Positions 9,435-19,307 of a stretch of 64,000 bases of DNA are shown here, in pieces. This stretch comes from Thermoanaerobaculia bacterium. GTDB lineage: Bacteria > Acidobacteriota > Thermoanaerobaculia > Multivoradales > JAHEKO01. The stretch lies in the NCBI GenBank assembly GCA_945787575.1, contig CALZKB010000004.1, forward strand, positions 4,776 through 68,775. Reading direction: 5' to 3'. Made by a program: the position numbers and the translations under genes. Numbering within the stretch: the stretch's first letter is position 1; each line of letters begins with the position of its first letter. The notes under the pieces were generated by a model. It was not told where the DNA came from. It saw only the letters and a program-made list of their open reading frames with translations, and searched no databases.

Positions 9435-10760
9435 ATGAACATCTGCGTAGTGGGAAGCGGCTACGTCGGACTCGTGACCGGCTCTTGTCTGGCCGATTTC
9501 GGAATGCACGTCACCGGCGTCGACATCGACGTGGCCAAGGTCGAGGCGCTGCGCCGCGGCGAGATTCCGATCTACGAGCCCGGTCTCGACGAGCTCGTTC
9601 GCAAGAACATGGAGCAGGGCCGTCTCGCGTTCACGACCGAGCTCGGACCCGCTCTCGAGGGCGCACGGGTGGTCTTCATCGCCGTCGGGACGCCGCCGAG
9701 GTCCGACGGCTCGGCCGACCTCAGGTACATTCGGCAGGTCGCGGAGTCGATCGGCGAACACTTGAACGGCTACAAGGTGATCGTGACCAAGAGCACGGTG
9801 CCGATCGGCACCGGCCAGATGATCGAAACGATTGTCAAGGAGAGGAGCGGCAGCGAGAACTTCGCGGTCGTGAGCAATCCCGAGTTTCTCCGCGAAGGGT
9901 CGGCCATCGAGGACTTCATGCAGCCCGACCGGGTGGTGATCGGCAGCCGCGACCCACGCGCCATCGACATCATGCTCGAGATCTACTCCCCGCTGCGCGT
10001 TGCCGACGTCCCTTTCGTGGTCACCGACATCGAGAGTGCCGAACTGATCAAGTACGCCTCGAACGGCTTCCTCGCCGCCAAGATCTCCTTCATCAACGAA
10101 GTCGCTCACCTTTGCGAGAGGCTGGGCGCCGACGTCGAGACGGTGGCGCGCGGCATGGGACTCGACGATCGCATCGGCCCGAAGTTCCTTCATCCCGGTC
10201 CCGGCTACGGTGGCTCGTGCTTTCCCAAGGACTCACGGGCGGTCGCCCAGATCGCCCGCGACCACGGCCTCGAGTTCAAGATCATGGACGCCGTCATCGA
10301 GGCCAACGAGGACACCCGCGATCGGATGCTCGACAAGATCCGCGATGCCTTCGCCGGCGTCGAGGGCAAGACGGTCGCCGTTCTCGGCCTCTCCTTCAAA
10401 CCGGAGACCGACGACATCAGGGAGTCGCCGGCGCTGACGATCGTCGAGGGTCTTCGTGCCGAGGGGGCGACCGTTCGCGCCTTCGACCCCGCCGCCATGA
10501 ATACCTGCCGGGATCTGTGGGCAGACGTCGTCTTTGCCGAAAGCCCCTACGAGGCGGCCGAAGGAGCGCACGGCCTCGTGATCGTCACCGAATGGAACCG
10601 CTTCCGGTTCCTCGACACCGATCGACTGCGGCAGCTCCTCGAGGAGCCTCTGATCATCGATCTGCGCAACATCTACGAGCCGGCCAAGATGGCGAGCGCC
10701 GGCTTTCGCTACGTCTCTCTCGGCCGACCCGAGGGGACTCCGGAAGGGGCCGCGACATGA
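9435..10760 (+). CDS. ugd: UDP-glucose 6-dehydrogenase
   Basis: Real start is ATG 9435 ([23 protein letters not shown]) inside ORF 9069..10760. It has the catalytic GGSCFPKD motif and full-length Ugd layout. Confidence 0.92.
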   Translation: MNICVVGSGYVGLVTGSCLADFGMHVTGVDIDVAKVEALRRGEIPIYEPGLDELVRKNMEQGRLAFTTELGPALEGARVVFIAVGTPPRSDGSADLRYIRQVAESIGEHLNGYKVIVTKSTVPIGTGQMIETIVKERSGSENFAVVSNPEFLREGSAIEDFMQPDRVVIGSRDPRAIDIMLEIYSPLRVADVPFVVTDIESAELIKYASNGFLAAKISFINEVAHLCERLGADVETVARGMGLDDRIGPKFLHPGPGYGGSCFPKDSRAVAQIARDHGLEFKIMDAVIEANEDTRDRMLDKIRDAFAGVEGKTVAVLGLSFKPETDDIRESPALTIVEGLRAEGATVRAFDPAAMNTCRDLWADVVFAESPYEAAEGAHGLVIVTEWNRFRFLDTDRLRQLLEEPLIIDLRNIYEPAKMASAGFRYVSLGRPEGTPEGAAT

Positions 10761-11704
10761 CCACCACCGTCGTCACCGGAGGGGCCGGTTTTCTCGGCTC
10801 GCATCTATCGGATCGCCTGCTCGCCGAAGGGCATCGAGTTCTCTGCATCGACAATCTGATCACCGGCAATCTCGCCAACATCGCTCATCTCGAGGGGCGC
10901 GAAGACTTTCGCTTCATCGAGCACGACGTGAGCAAGCCGCTCTTTGTCGACGACGAGATCGACAACGTGCTCCACTTCGCCTCGCCGGCGAGCCCCATCG
11001 ACTACCTCGAACTGCCCATCCAGACGCTGAAGGTCGGCTCTCTCGGCACCCACAACACTCTCGGCCTCGCGAAGCAGAAGCAGGCTCGGTACCTTCTGGC
11101 GTCGACGTCGGAGGTCTACGGCGATCCTCTGATCCACCCTCAGCCCGAGAGCTACTGGGGCAACGTCAATCCGGTCGGCCCGCGCGGCGTCTACGACGAA
11201 GCGAAGCGCTTCGCCGAAGCGCTCGCCATGGCCTATCACCGCTACCACGGCATCGAAACCCGAATCGTCCGCATCTTCAACACCTACGGTCCACGAATGC
11301 GGCCGCGCGACGGCCGCGTGGTACCCGCCTTCATCGACCAGGCGCTCCGAGGAGAGCCGTTGACCGTCTTCGGCGACGGAAGTCAGACCCGCTCATTCTG
11401 CTACGTGTCGGACCTCGTCGACGGCATCTATCGACTCCTGCTCTCCGACGAGGTCGAGCCGATCAACATCGGGAACCCACGCGAGATGAGCGTTCTCGAG
11501 TTTGCCGAGACGATCATCGAGCACACCGGCAGCAGGAGCGAGATCACCCACAAGCCGCTGCCTGTCGACGATCCGAAGATCCGCCAGCCCGACATCAGCA
11601 AGGCGTCCGCGCTTCTCGGGTGGAGCCCGCGGGTGGAGCTCGAGGACGGACTCGCTTCCACCGTCGCCTACTTCGAGAAGCTGCTGGCCGCGGAGGCGAT
11701 CTGA
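10757..11704 (+). CDS. UDP-glucuronate decarboxylase (UDP-xylose synthase)
   Basis: ATG 10757 overlaps the ugd stop (ATGA). Motifs: [24 protein letters not shown] (YxxxK), and IFNTYGPRM typical of UXS. Confidence 0.88.
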   Translation: MTTTVVTGGAGFLGSHLSDRLLAEGHRVLCIDNLITGNLANIAHLEGREDFRFIEHDVSKPLFVDDEIDNVLHFASPASPIDYLELPIQTLKVGSLGTHNTLGLAKQKQARYLLASTSEVYGDPLIHPQPESYWGNVNPVGPRGVYDEAKRFAEALAMAYHRYHGIETRIVRIFNTYGPRMRPRDGRVVPAFIDQALRGEPLTVFGDGSQTRSFCYVSDLVDGIYRLLLSDEVEPINIGNPREMSVLEFAETIIEHTGSRSEITHKPLPVDDPKIRQPDISKASALLGWSPRVELEDGLASTVAYFEKLLAAEAI

Positions 11705-11706
11705 AG

Positions 11707-12036
11707 GTGGCCGAGAAGGTCCATTGCAGCCGCTGCCTGCGCGAGGCCTCGGCGATCGAGAACGGAATCTTCTACACCCCCGAGCTCGAGGCCGAGGTGC
11801 GAGAGAAGGTCTGCTTGGACTGCTGGAACGAGTGGCAGCGGGCCGAGGTGATGGTGATCAACGAGCTCAAGCTCAACTTCATGGATCCGCGCGCGATGCC
11901 CGTCTTGATCGCCCAGATGCGTGAGTTCTTCGCCCTCGACGGCCGTCCCGAAGGCGCGACCCCGGCGGCCGGTCTCTCGGCCCTTCCTCCCGATGTCGAT
12001 CTCGCGACTCCCGACTCGTCCGACGAGTCCGAATAG
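11707..12036 (+). CDS. yggX: YggX-family Fe(2+)-trafficking / oxidative-damage protection protein with acidic tail
   Basis: GTG 11707. ..VHCSRCLREASAIENGIFYTPELEAEVREKVCLDCWNEWQRAEVMVINELKLNFMDP.. aligns by eye along E. coli YggX ([32 protein letters not shown]). Confidence 0.7.
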   Translation: MAEKVHCSRCLREASAIENGIFYTPELEAEVREKVCLDCWNEWQRAEVMVINELKLNFMDPRAMPVLIAQMREFFALDGRPEGATPAAGLSALPPDVDLATPDSSDESE

Positions 12037-12043
12037 ACGAGTC

Positions 12044-12681
12044 ATGCGGTCGCATGCGGTGCGGTTCGGTCTTCTGATCGGGCTGGTGGTGGCGGGGGTC
12101 GTCGTCGCTCATCAAGCCGGAATCGTCGAATGGCTGCGAGCCCATTCGTTGCCGGAGCTCATGCACGAGCTTCGTGCGCAATGGTGGGCGCCGCTGGCAA
12201 TCCTCGGTTTCTGCTTGGCGGCGGGCAGTCTTCCGCTCCCCGTGACGCCGGTGGTTCTGGTGGCGGGCGCGGTCTACGGACCCGCACGTGGATGGCTGAT
12301 CATCTTCATCGGCTGCCTCGCCGGTTCGGCGGTCGGCTACCTGCTGGCTCGAGCCCTCGGCCGCGACCTCGTCGAACGGCTCCTCGGACCGGAGCGGTGG
12401 GACCGCCTCGACAAGCTGATCGCGGATCACGGTCTCTACGCCATGGTCCGGGCGCGCTGGATGCTGCCACTCGTCGCCGTCAAGCCGGGCCCTTCCTTCT
12501 GTCGTCGGTCGTCGGCCTCTCGATGCCACTTGCCATCTTCACCTACGTCGGCCATCTCCTGATCACCACGGCGGCGACCGATGCGACACACACTCTGCGC
12601 AATGCGACTCTCCTCGTGCTCGCGATCCTGGCCCTGAGTCTGTTGCCGGCGTTGGTGCGCCGTCTGCGCCGACGCGGCTGA
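12044..12681 (+). pseudogene. TVP38/TMEM64 (DedA-related) membrane protein interrupted by an apparent 1-nt deletion (or sequencing error)
   Basis: Frame A (ATG 12044) is membrane-protein-like up to ..RWMLPLVA, then becomes junk. The frame one base back gives ..AGPFLLSSVVGLSMPLAIFTYVGHLLITT..LAILALSLLPALV to stop 12681. The junction is near 12475-12492. Confidence 0.6.
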
Positions 12682-12717
12682 CCCGAGCGGCCATCGACCG
12701 ACGAGCTTTGCGGCCGG

Positions 12718-13788
12718 CTACTTGCCGAGGGCGGCTTCGACCTCCGGAAGGTCGATCATCAGCGCTCCTCCCGCCGTCGCTTGGGGATCGAACTCCAGAT
12801 CCCGCATGACCCGCCGGAAGGCCTCCTTCAATGCTCGCGCCCCGAGGCGCGGTTGGCGCCGCGCTTCCTGGGCGATCCGCCGAACGGCGGCCGGCGAGAT
12901 CGCGAGCTCCGCTCCCAGCGCGCTGAAGTACTCTCGGGCCTGCTGCAGGCCCGAGTCCGGATTGTCGAGGAAGATCGTCACCAGAGCGTCCTCGCCGAGG
13001 TCGTCGAGCAGGACGATCGAATCGAAGCGCGCCAGAAACTGGGGGGTCATGCCGTACTCGAAGAGATCTTCGTAGCGGAGCCAGTCGCGCAGCGCGAACT
13101 GGAGCTCCTGCCGGACGGAGCCCGAGTCTTCGAAGACGCTCATCGCCTGGAGCGATCCACGGTCCTCGCCCACCGTCACCCGGTCGTAGACCGAATCGTA
13201 GAGCCCCTCGAACGCTCCGCCGGCGATGAAGAGCACTCTCGACGCGTCGACCGTGGTCAGACCGCCGCCCGCCCAGCCCGGCAGCTCGAATGGTACCGCC
13301 TCGTTCTCGATCAGCGTCAGGAGAGCCTCCTGAGCGCGGATCCCCGTCGTGTTGGGCTGCCCCGCGATGTGGCCGCGGATCTTGTCGATCTCGTCGACGA
13401 AGACGAGCCCGTTGCTGGCGCGCTCGAGAAGGGTCGCGGCTTCGGCCTTCGCGTCCCGCTCCCGCGCCCGCGCCCGCGCCAACAGCCTGCGGAGGATCGC
13501 CTCGCCGGGACGATCTCTGGAGGCTTCCTCGGCCAGCACGTTGGCGTGGACCCGGATCAGCGGCCAGTCCTGATCGTCGTCGGCACGATCGGCGAGCCAA
13601 CTCTCGACCGCCCGCATCATCGTCGTCTTCCCGGTCCCGGACGAGCCGACCATGAGCACGTTGCCGGTGGCGAGGCCCTGCAGCTTCTTGGCGAGGGCGA
13701 TCGAGAGCTCTTTCACCGCCTCTTCCTGGCCGATCACCTTCCGGCTGAGGGCTTCGGCAATCTCGGTGGGCCGGATCGGCTCGGGCAT
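12718..13788 (-). CDS. ClpX/HslU-like AAA+ ATPase lacking the zinc-finger N-domain
   Basis: Start ATG 13788 (MPEPIRPTEIAEAL). Motifs: VIGQEEAVKEL, Walker A GSSGTGKTT, Walker B LVFVDEIDKI, ILFIAGGAF-type motif (VLFIAGGAFEGL), C-terminal GARALKEAFRRVM. The upstream part of ORF 12718..14022 looks non-coding. Confidence 0.75.
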   Translation of the reverse strand: MPEPIRPTEIAEALSRKVIGQEEAVKELSIALAKKLQGLATGNVLMVGSSGTGKTTMMRAVESWLADRADDDQDWPLIRVHANVLAEEASRDRPGEAILRRLLARARARERDAKAEAATLLERASNGLVFVDEIDKIRGHIAGQPNTTGIRAQEALLTLIENEAVPFELPGWAGGGLTTVDASRVLFIAGGAFEGLYDSVYDRVTVGEDRGSLQAMSVFEDSGSVRQELQFALRDWLRYEDLFEYGMTPQFLARFDSIVLLDDLGEDALVTIFLDNPDSGLQQAREYFSALGAELAISPAAVRRIAQEARRQPRLGARALKEAFRRVMRDLEFDPQATAGGALMIDLPEVEAALGK

Positions 13789-13845
13789 TTCGGGATTGTA
13801 TCCGGGCGCCTGGAATGTGGTAGCGCCGTAAGGTAGTTTCCGAGC

Positions 13846-16683
13846 GTGATGTCTTCGGGGCGTTTCGATCGATGGCTCTTCTGGGGCGCCGTGTTGCTGG
13901 TCGTCAACAGCGCATATCTCTACACGCACGGCGACCCAGTTGTCCTCTATTTCGCCAACGTCGTCCTCCATCTCGGGCTCGGAATCGCGCTCGCGACCCT
14001 CTTCGTTCCCTGGTGGTGGCAACGGCGGTCACAGCCGTTGGTCCTCGCCGGCGGCGGCGCCTTGGTGGTGTCGATTCTTTGCAGCCTCTGGCTCTGGAGG
14101 ATCGGGAATCTGTCGGGGCATCGTAGGTGGCTCGATGCCCACATACTGTTGGCTCTCGCCGGCCTCGGTCTGCTGATCGCGGCATTCGCCGGTGAGCGAA
14201 GTCGGGGATGGAGGCTCGCAGCGGTCGGCCTCCCCGCGGCCGTGATCGCGGTGTTCGCCGCGCTCGCCTGGCAACAGGGCAACCCGGATCCCCGCCACGA
14301 CCTCGCCAACGTTCCGGCTCCGCTGTCGATGGCGGAGGAGGCGATGGGGGGCGAGGAGGGTCCCTTCTTCCCGTCCTCGGTCAGCACGGGTGACGGTGGC
14401 ACGGTCCCCTCGGAGGTCTATATGGGCTCGGACAGCTGCGCCCGATCCGGCTGTCATCCCGACCTCTACGACCAGTGGAACAGCTCGGCCCACCACTTCT
14501 CGAGCTTCAACAACCAGTGGTACCGCAAGTCGATCGAGTACATGCAGGAGGTGGTCGGCATCCAGCCGTCGAAATGGTGCGGCGGCTGCCACGATCCGGC
14601 GATCCTGCAATCCGGAATGATGGACCGGCCGATCTCCGAGATCGTCCACACAGAGGAAGCCCAGACCGGCCTCTCCTGCACCGCGTGCCACATGATCTCG
14701 ACCGTTCGCAGCACCATGGGGCAGGGGGACTACGAGATCACGGTTCCGCCGCTCCACGGTCTCGCGACCAGCGAGAACCCCCTGCTCACCACCGTTCACG
14801 ACATGCTCGTCCGTCTCGATCCCGAGCCCCACCGCCGGACCTTCATCCGTCCTTTCTTCGAGAACGACGACTCCCCGCAGTTCTGCGCCGCCTGCCACAA
14901 GGTACACCTCGACGTACCGGTCAACCACTATCGCTGGATCCGCGGCTTCAACTCCTACGACAACTGGCAGGCGAGCGGCGTGTCGGGCTTCGGTGCGCGC
15001 TCGTTCTACTACCCACCCGAGCCCAAGAACTGCCTCGACTGCCACATGCCGCTGGTCGCCTCCAACGACGCCGGCAACCGTGGCGGACTGATCCGCTCGC
15101 ATCGCTTTCCGGGCGCCAACACCGCTCTTCCGGTCGCCAATCACGACGAGGAGCAGCTGAAGGTCGTCACCGACTTCCTGCAAGCCCGCCAGGTCACGGT
15201 CGACCTTTTCGCCATGACCGAGGCGGCGCCGATCGCAGAGGTCGCCGGGGGAGGGGTCCAACTTGAGGGACCAGCGCTCGCCACCAGCTTCGCGGTCGGC
15301 GAAGAGCAGGGGATGGCGGTGGGAACGGGAGGCGGCCGCCAGGGCGAGGCCGAGGTGATCTTCGCCCCGCTCGATCGCGTGCCCGCGACGGTGCGGCGCG
15401 GCGAGTCGATGCGGGTCGACGTCGTCGTCCGGACTCGGGGGGTCGGCCACTTCTTTCCCGGCGGCACGGTCGACGCCTTCGAGGTCTGGGTCGAGCTCAA
15501 GGCTACGGATGACGACGGCCGGATCCTCTACTGGAGCGGCATGGCGGACGAAGACTCGCCGATCGAGCCCGGCGCCGCTTTCTACCGTTCGCTGATGATC
15601 GACGCTCACGGCAATCCGATCGACAAGCGCAACGCTTTCGCCAGTCGCGCCGTAATCTACGCCAAGTTGATTCCACCAGGAGCGGGCGACACGGTGCGCT
15701 TCCGGGTCGCTATCCCGGAGTACGCAGGGGACTCGATCACTCTCGAGACGAAACTCAACTACCGGAAATTCGCTTGGTTCAATACTCACTGGGCCTACGC
15801 CGGCGTCCCCGACCCCGATCAGACCGACGCCGGGTTCTCTCCCGACTTCGACGATCGACGTTTCGTCTTCACCGGAGACACGAGCGACGTCTCCGGCCGG
15901 CTCAAGGAGATCCCCCGACTGCCGATCGTGGTGATGGCGGAGGACACGGCGACTCTCGAGGTCGTCGATGCCGATGCCCAGCTACCGGACATGTCCGAGC
16001 CGGAGCACACTTCGGTCGATCGCGAGCGCTGGAACGACTACGGAATCGGCCTATTGCGGCAAGGAGACCTCCGCGGGGCGAAGCGCGCTTTCGAGGTGGT
16101 CACCCGGCTCGAGCCGGAGTACGTCGACGGCTGGGTCAACCTCGGTCGCGTGGCGCTGGCCGAGGGTGACCTCGACGCGGCCGAGACCGTTCTCGAGCGG
16201 GCACTCGAGCTCGATCCAAGGCTCGCCCGTGCGCACTACTTCCGAGGACTCGTCGACAAGGAGCTGGGAGACTATGAGCTCGCTCTCGGCCACTTCCGCG
16301 CTGCTGCCGAGCCGTATCCGAAGGATCGCGTCGTGCGCAACGCGATCGGTCGCATCCACTTTCTGCGCAGGGAATTCGAGGAAGCGATTCGCGAGTTCAA
16401 GCTGGTGCTGGACATCGATCCGGAGGACTTGACCGCCCACTACAGCTTGATGCTCGCCTACCGCGGCGCCGGCGACAGCGAGCTCGCGGACCGCCATCGT
16501 CGGTACTACGAACGCTTCAAGGCCGACGAGTCGAGCCAAATCCTCACCGGCGAGTACCTCAAGAACAACCCACATGACAACAACCGGCGGCAGCGCATCT
16601 TCGAGCACCAGAGCGTGCCGCCCGACCAGATCGAGCGGTTTCTCTCCCGAGGCCGCGGCGATCGCCTACCGGCCGGGGGCTGA
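13846..16683 (+). CDS. membrane-anchored multihaem c-type cytochrome with C-terminal TPR repeats
   Basis: 945-aa ORF (GTG 13846 or ATG 13849). It has about five N-terminal TM helices and four CxxCH motifs (CGGCH, CTACH, CAACH, CLDCH) plus one CX4CH (CARSGCH). The C-terminus has TPR-like repeats (..AKRAFEVVTRLEPEYVDGWVNLGRVALAEGDLDAAE..). Confidence 0.85.
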   Translation: MMSSGRFDRWLFWGAVLLVVNSAYLYTHGDPVVLYFANVVLHLGLGIALATLFVPWWWQRRSQPLVLAGGGALVVSILCSLWLWRIGNLSGHRRWLDAHILLALAGLGLLIAAFAGERSRGWRLAAVGLPAAVIAVFAALAWQQGNPDPRHDLANVPAPLSMAEEAMGGEEGPFFPSSVSTGDGGTVPSEVYMGSDSCARSGCHPDLYDQWNSSAHHFSSFNNQWYRKSIEYMQEVVGIQPSKWCGGCHDPAILQSGMMDRPISEIVHTEEAQTGLSCTACHMISTVRSTMGQGDYEITVPPLHGLATSENPLLTTVHDMLVRLDPEPHRRTFIRPFFENDDSPQFCAACHKVHLDVPVNHYRWIRGFNSYDNWQASGVSGFGARSFYYPPEPKNCLDCHMPLVASNDAGNRGGLIRSHRFPGANTALPVANHDEEQLKVVTDFLQARQVTVDLFAMTEAAPIAEVAGGGVQLEGPALATSFAVGEEQGMAVGTGGGRQGEAEVIFAPLDRVPATVRRGESMRVDVVVRTRGVGHFFPGGTVDAFEVWVELKATDDDGRILYWSGMADEDSPIEPGAAFYRSLMIDAHGNPIDKRNAFASRAVIYAKLIPPGAGDTVRFRVAIPEYAGDSITLETKLNYRKFAWFNTHWAYAGVPDPDQTDAGFSPDFDDRRFVFTGDTSDVSGRLKEIPRLPIVVMAEDTATLEVVDADAQLPDMSEPEHTSVDRERWNDYGIGLLRQGDLRGAKRAFEVVTRLEPEYVDGWVNLGRVALAEGDLDAAETVLERALELDPRLARAHYFRGLVDKELGDYELALGHFRAAAEPYPKDRVVRNAIGRIHFLRREFEEAIREFKLVLDIDPEDLTAHYSLMLAYRGAGDSELADRHRRYYERFKADESSQILTGEYLKNNPHDNNRRQRIFEHQSVPPDQIERFLSRGRGDRLPAGG

Positions 16684-16758
16684 TCGACCGATACCTTCCG
16701 GGCTTCGCGCCGAAGCGCCTTCCGCTGCGAGCCGGATATCCGCTATTCTTCCGCCCCT

Positions 16759-18383
16759 ATGAGAAGCGCGGGCCTCAACCGACTTCCCCCTCTCGTCACC
16801 GGCCTGCTTCTCCTCGCGCTGCCCGCCGACGGCTCCGAGGAGATCCGCTTCGTCGACGTCACCGCGGACAGCGGCGTCGACTTCCGACACAACACGGGTG
16901 CCTTCGGTCTCAAATGGCTCCCGGAGACGATGGGCGCCGGCGTCGTCGTCTTCGACTACGACGGTGACGACCGGCTCGATCTGCTCTTCCTCAACGGCAC
17001 GCGCTTCGAAGGCAAGCCCGGCCGAGCGACGACCCAGCAGCTTTACAAGAACCTCGGAGGCCTGAGATTCCGTGACGTCACCCGTGAGGCCGGACTCGAT
17101 CTGGAGGCCTACTGCATGGGTGGCGCCGCCGGGGACCTCGACGGTGACGGCGATCGAGATCTCTACATCTCGTGCGTCGGCACCGACTACCTGCTCGACA
17201 ACCGGGACGATCGTTTCGTCGACGTGAGCGTCGAGGCGGGACTGTCGCGCGAGTACGAGTTCGGGGCTTCCGTGGCGCTCTTGGACGCCGACAACGACGG
17301 TCGCCTGGACATCTTCGCCAGCCGTTACGTCACCTGGACCGCCGACGAGACGGCAAGAACAAGAGCTACTGCACACCCGAGCCCTACGAAGGCGCTTCCC
17401 CCCGCTTCTACCACAACAACGGCGACGGCACCTTCTCGGACTGGACCCGGAAGGCGGGGCTCTCGAAGCCCGATGCGAAGTCCCTGGGCGTGGCCGTGCT
17501 CGACTTCGACAGTGACGGTTGGATGGACCTGGCGGTCGCCAACGACACCCAGCCGAACCTCCTGTTCCACAACCTGGGCGACGGCACCTTCGAGGAGGTC
17601 GGCTTGATCGCCGGCATGGCGTTCGACGAGAACGGGGTGGCCCGAGGAGGGATGGGAATCGACGCCGCGGACTACGATGGATCGGGGCGCCAGAGTCTCG
17701 TCATCGGTAACTTCGACGGCGAGATGGTCGCGCTCTACCAGAACGTCGGCGACATGCTCTTCATCGACGCCGCGGCACCCGCGCGGATCGGCCGGCCGAC
17801 CCTCTCGTCACTCTCCTTCGGCGCCTTCTTCTTCGATTACGACCTCGACGGCGACGTCGATCTCCTCGTGGCGAACGGCCATCTCGAGCCCGAGATCGAA
17901 ACGATCAAAGCGAGCGTCACGTACGCCCAGCCGACCCAGCTGTTTCGCAACGACGGCGGCCGGTTCGTCGAGGTTACGGACACCGCGGGCGGGGATCTCG
18001 CCGAGCCGCGGGTGGCGCGCGGCGCGGCCTACGGCGACCTCGACGGCGACGGCGACCTCGATGTCGTGATCACCACCAACGGAGGTCCGGCACAGGTCTT
18101 CGAGAACACCGGGAGCCACGGCAACTGGATCGCGATCGACGCCGCGGGCGCGAGTCCCGCTCCCGATGGCCTGGGCGCCACCATCGAGGTCACGGTCGCG
18201 GACAAGGTCCAGCGCTGGCTGGTGCGCGCCGGGGGTAGCTACCTCAGTCAGAGCCAGACTACCGCCGTCTTCGGCCTCGGCACGGCGGACGAGGTCGACG
18301 CCGTGAGGGTGCTGAGCGCCGGCGGCGCCGAGCCGATCCCGGTCACGGGCATCAATCGAGTCGTGCCTTATTCGAGGCGATGA
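16759..18383 (+). pseudogene. CRTAC1-family (ASPIC/UnbV, FG-GAP/VCBS repeat) secreted protein with an apparent 1-nt deletion (or sequencing error)
   Basis: ORF 16759..17607 has a signal peptide and FG-GAP repeats up to ..YVTWTADE. ORF 17172..18383 continues as DGKNKSYCTPEPY.. through more FG-GAP repeats and an UnbV_ASPIC-like tail. The junction is at about 17346-17352. Confidence 0.75.
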
Positions 18384-18456
18384 AGCGAGCTCGGCTCGAA
18401 GTGATTGCCTGCCATCGTGCCGGTCAAAGCCGATCGCGTTGAGACAAGGGGAGGAG

Positions 18457-19221
18457 ATGGCGACGTCAAGAGTTCTCGCGGCGGACCTCGCGGCCTTCTC
18501 GGCATCGGACGCCCTTCACTGGGCCAGTACTTCGAGCCTCACCGGCCGTCTGCGGTTCAGCCAAGAGAGCCACCGAATCGACCTGGTCTTCGAAGGGGGA
18601 TCACTCGTCAACGCTGCCTCGAGCGAGGTCATCGAATCGTTCGGACGACATCTCTACTCCGAGCGCCTCGTCGACGAAGTCGATCTCGCAGCCGCCGTCG
18701 TCCACAGCCGCGACAATCAAGCTCTCATGGGCCGTTCGATGATCGCACTGGGCGTCGTCGACCCGGAGGTGCTGGAACAGTCACTGCACGATCACACGGT
18801 CAACCTCGCTCAGCTGCCGCTCGAATGGACTTCGGGGCGAGTGACCGCCGACGCCTTCGAGCTCGGGGATCATCCGAGGCTTCAGTCGGACCCGGTCGAT
18901 GTCAACCACCTGATGATCGAAGCGGCCCGTCGTGAAGACGAGCTCAATCGAGTCCGCGAGTACATGCCGACGGACGACCGCGCTCTCGGCCTCGGCCTCT
19001 TCGATCTCGCCGCCAACTCCCCCGGCCGGGAGCGTCGGATCTTGGAGAAGTTCGAGCCTGGCGCCACGATCCACTCCCTGTACGAGCAGATCGGAGGCTC
19101 TTACCACCACCTCGTGTGGACGATCAAGGAGCTTCTCAAAGCCTCGGTTCTAGAGGTGCTCGATTCCCCCGACGCTCCACCCGCGGCCGACGCCGCGGCC
19201 GACGACGCCGAGCCCGACTGA
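18457..19221 (+). CDS. DUF4388 (PatA-N-like) domain protein
   Basis: ATG 18457 follows AAGGGGAGGAG. The N-terminal pattern LAADLAAFSASDALHWASTSSLTGRLRF..IDLVFEGGSLVNA matches the DUF4388 signature (GDL..f.l.dvlq.l....tG.L.l.....g.i.f.dG.iv.A). Confidence 0.6.
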   Translation: MATSRVLAADLAAFSASDALHWASTSSLTGRLRFSQESHRIDLVFEGGSLVNAASSEVIESFGRHLYSERLVDEVDLAAAVVHSRDNQALMGRSMIALGVVDPEVLEQSLHDHTVNLAQLPLEWTSGRVTADAFELGDHPRLQSDPVDVNHLMIEAARREDELNRVREYMPTDDRALGLGLFDLAANSPGRERRILEKFEPGATIHSLYEQIGGSYHHLVWTIKELLKASVLEVLDSPDAPPAADAAADDAEPD

Positions 19222-19307
19222 CCCTGCGCTCGATGCCGATCGAGGTCTTCGACGGCGGTGGCGACACGGCGCCCGCCGACGATCGACCGGCGTTTCGCGA
19301 AATCGCC

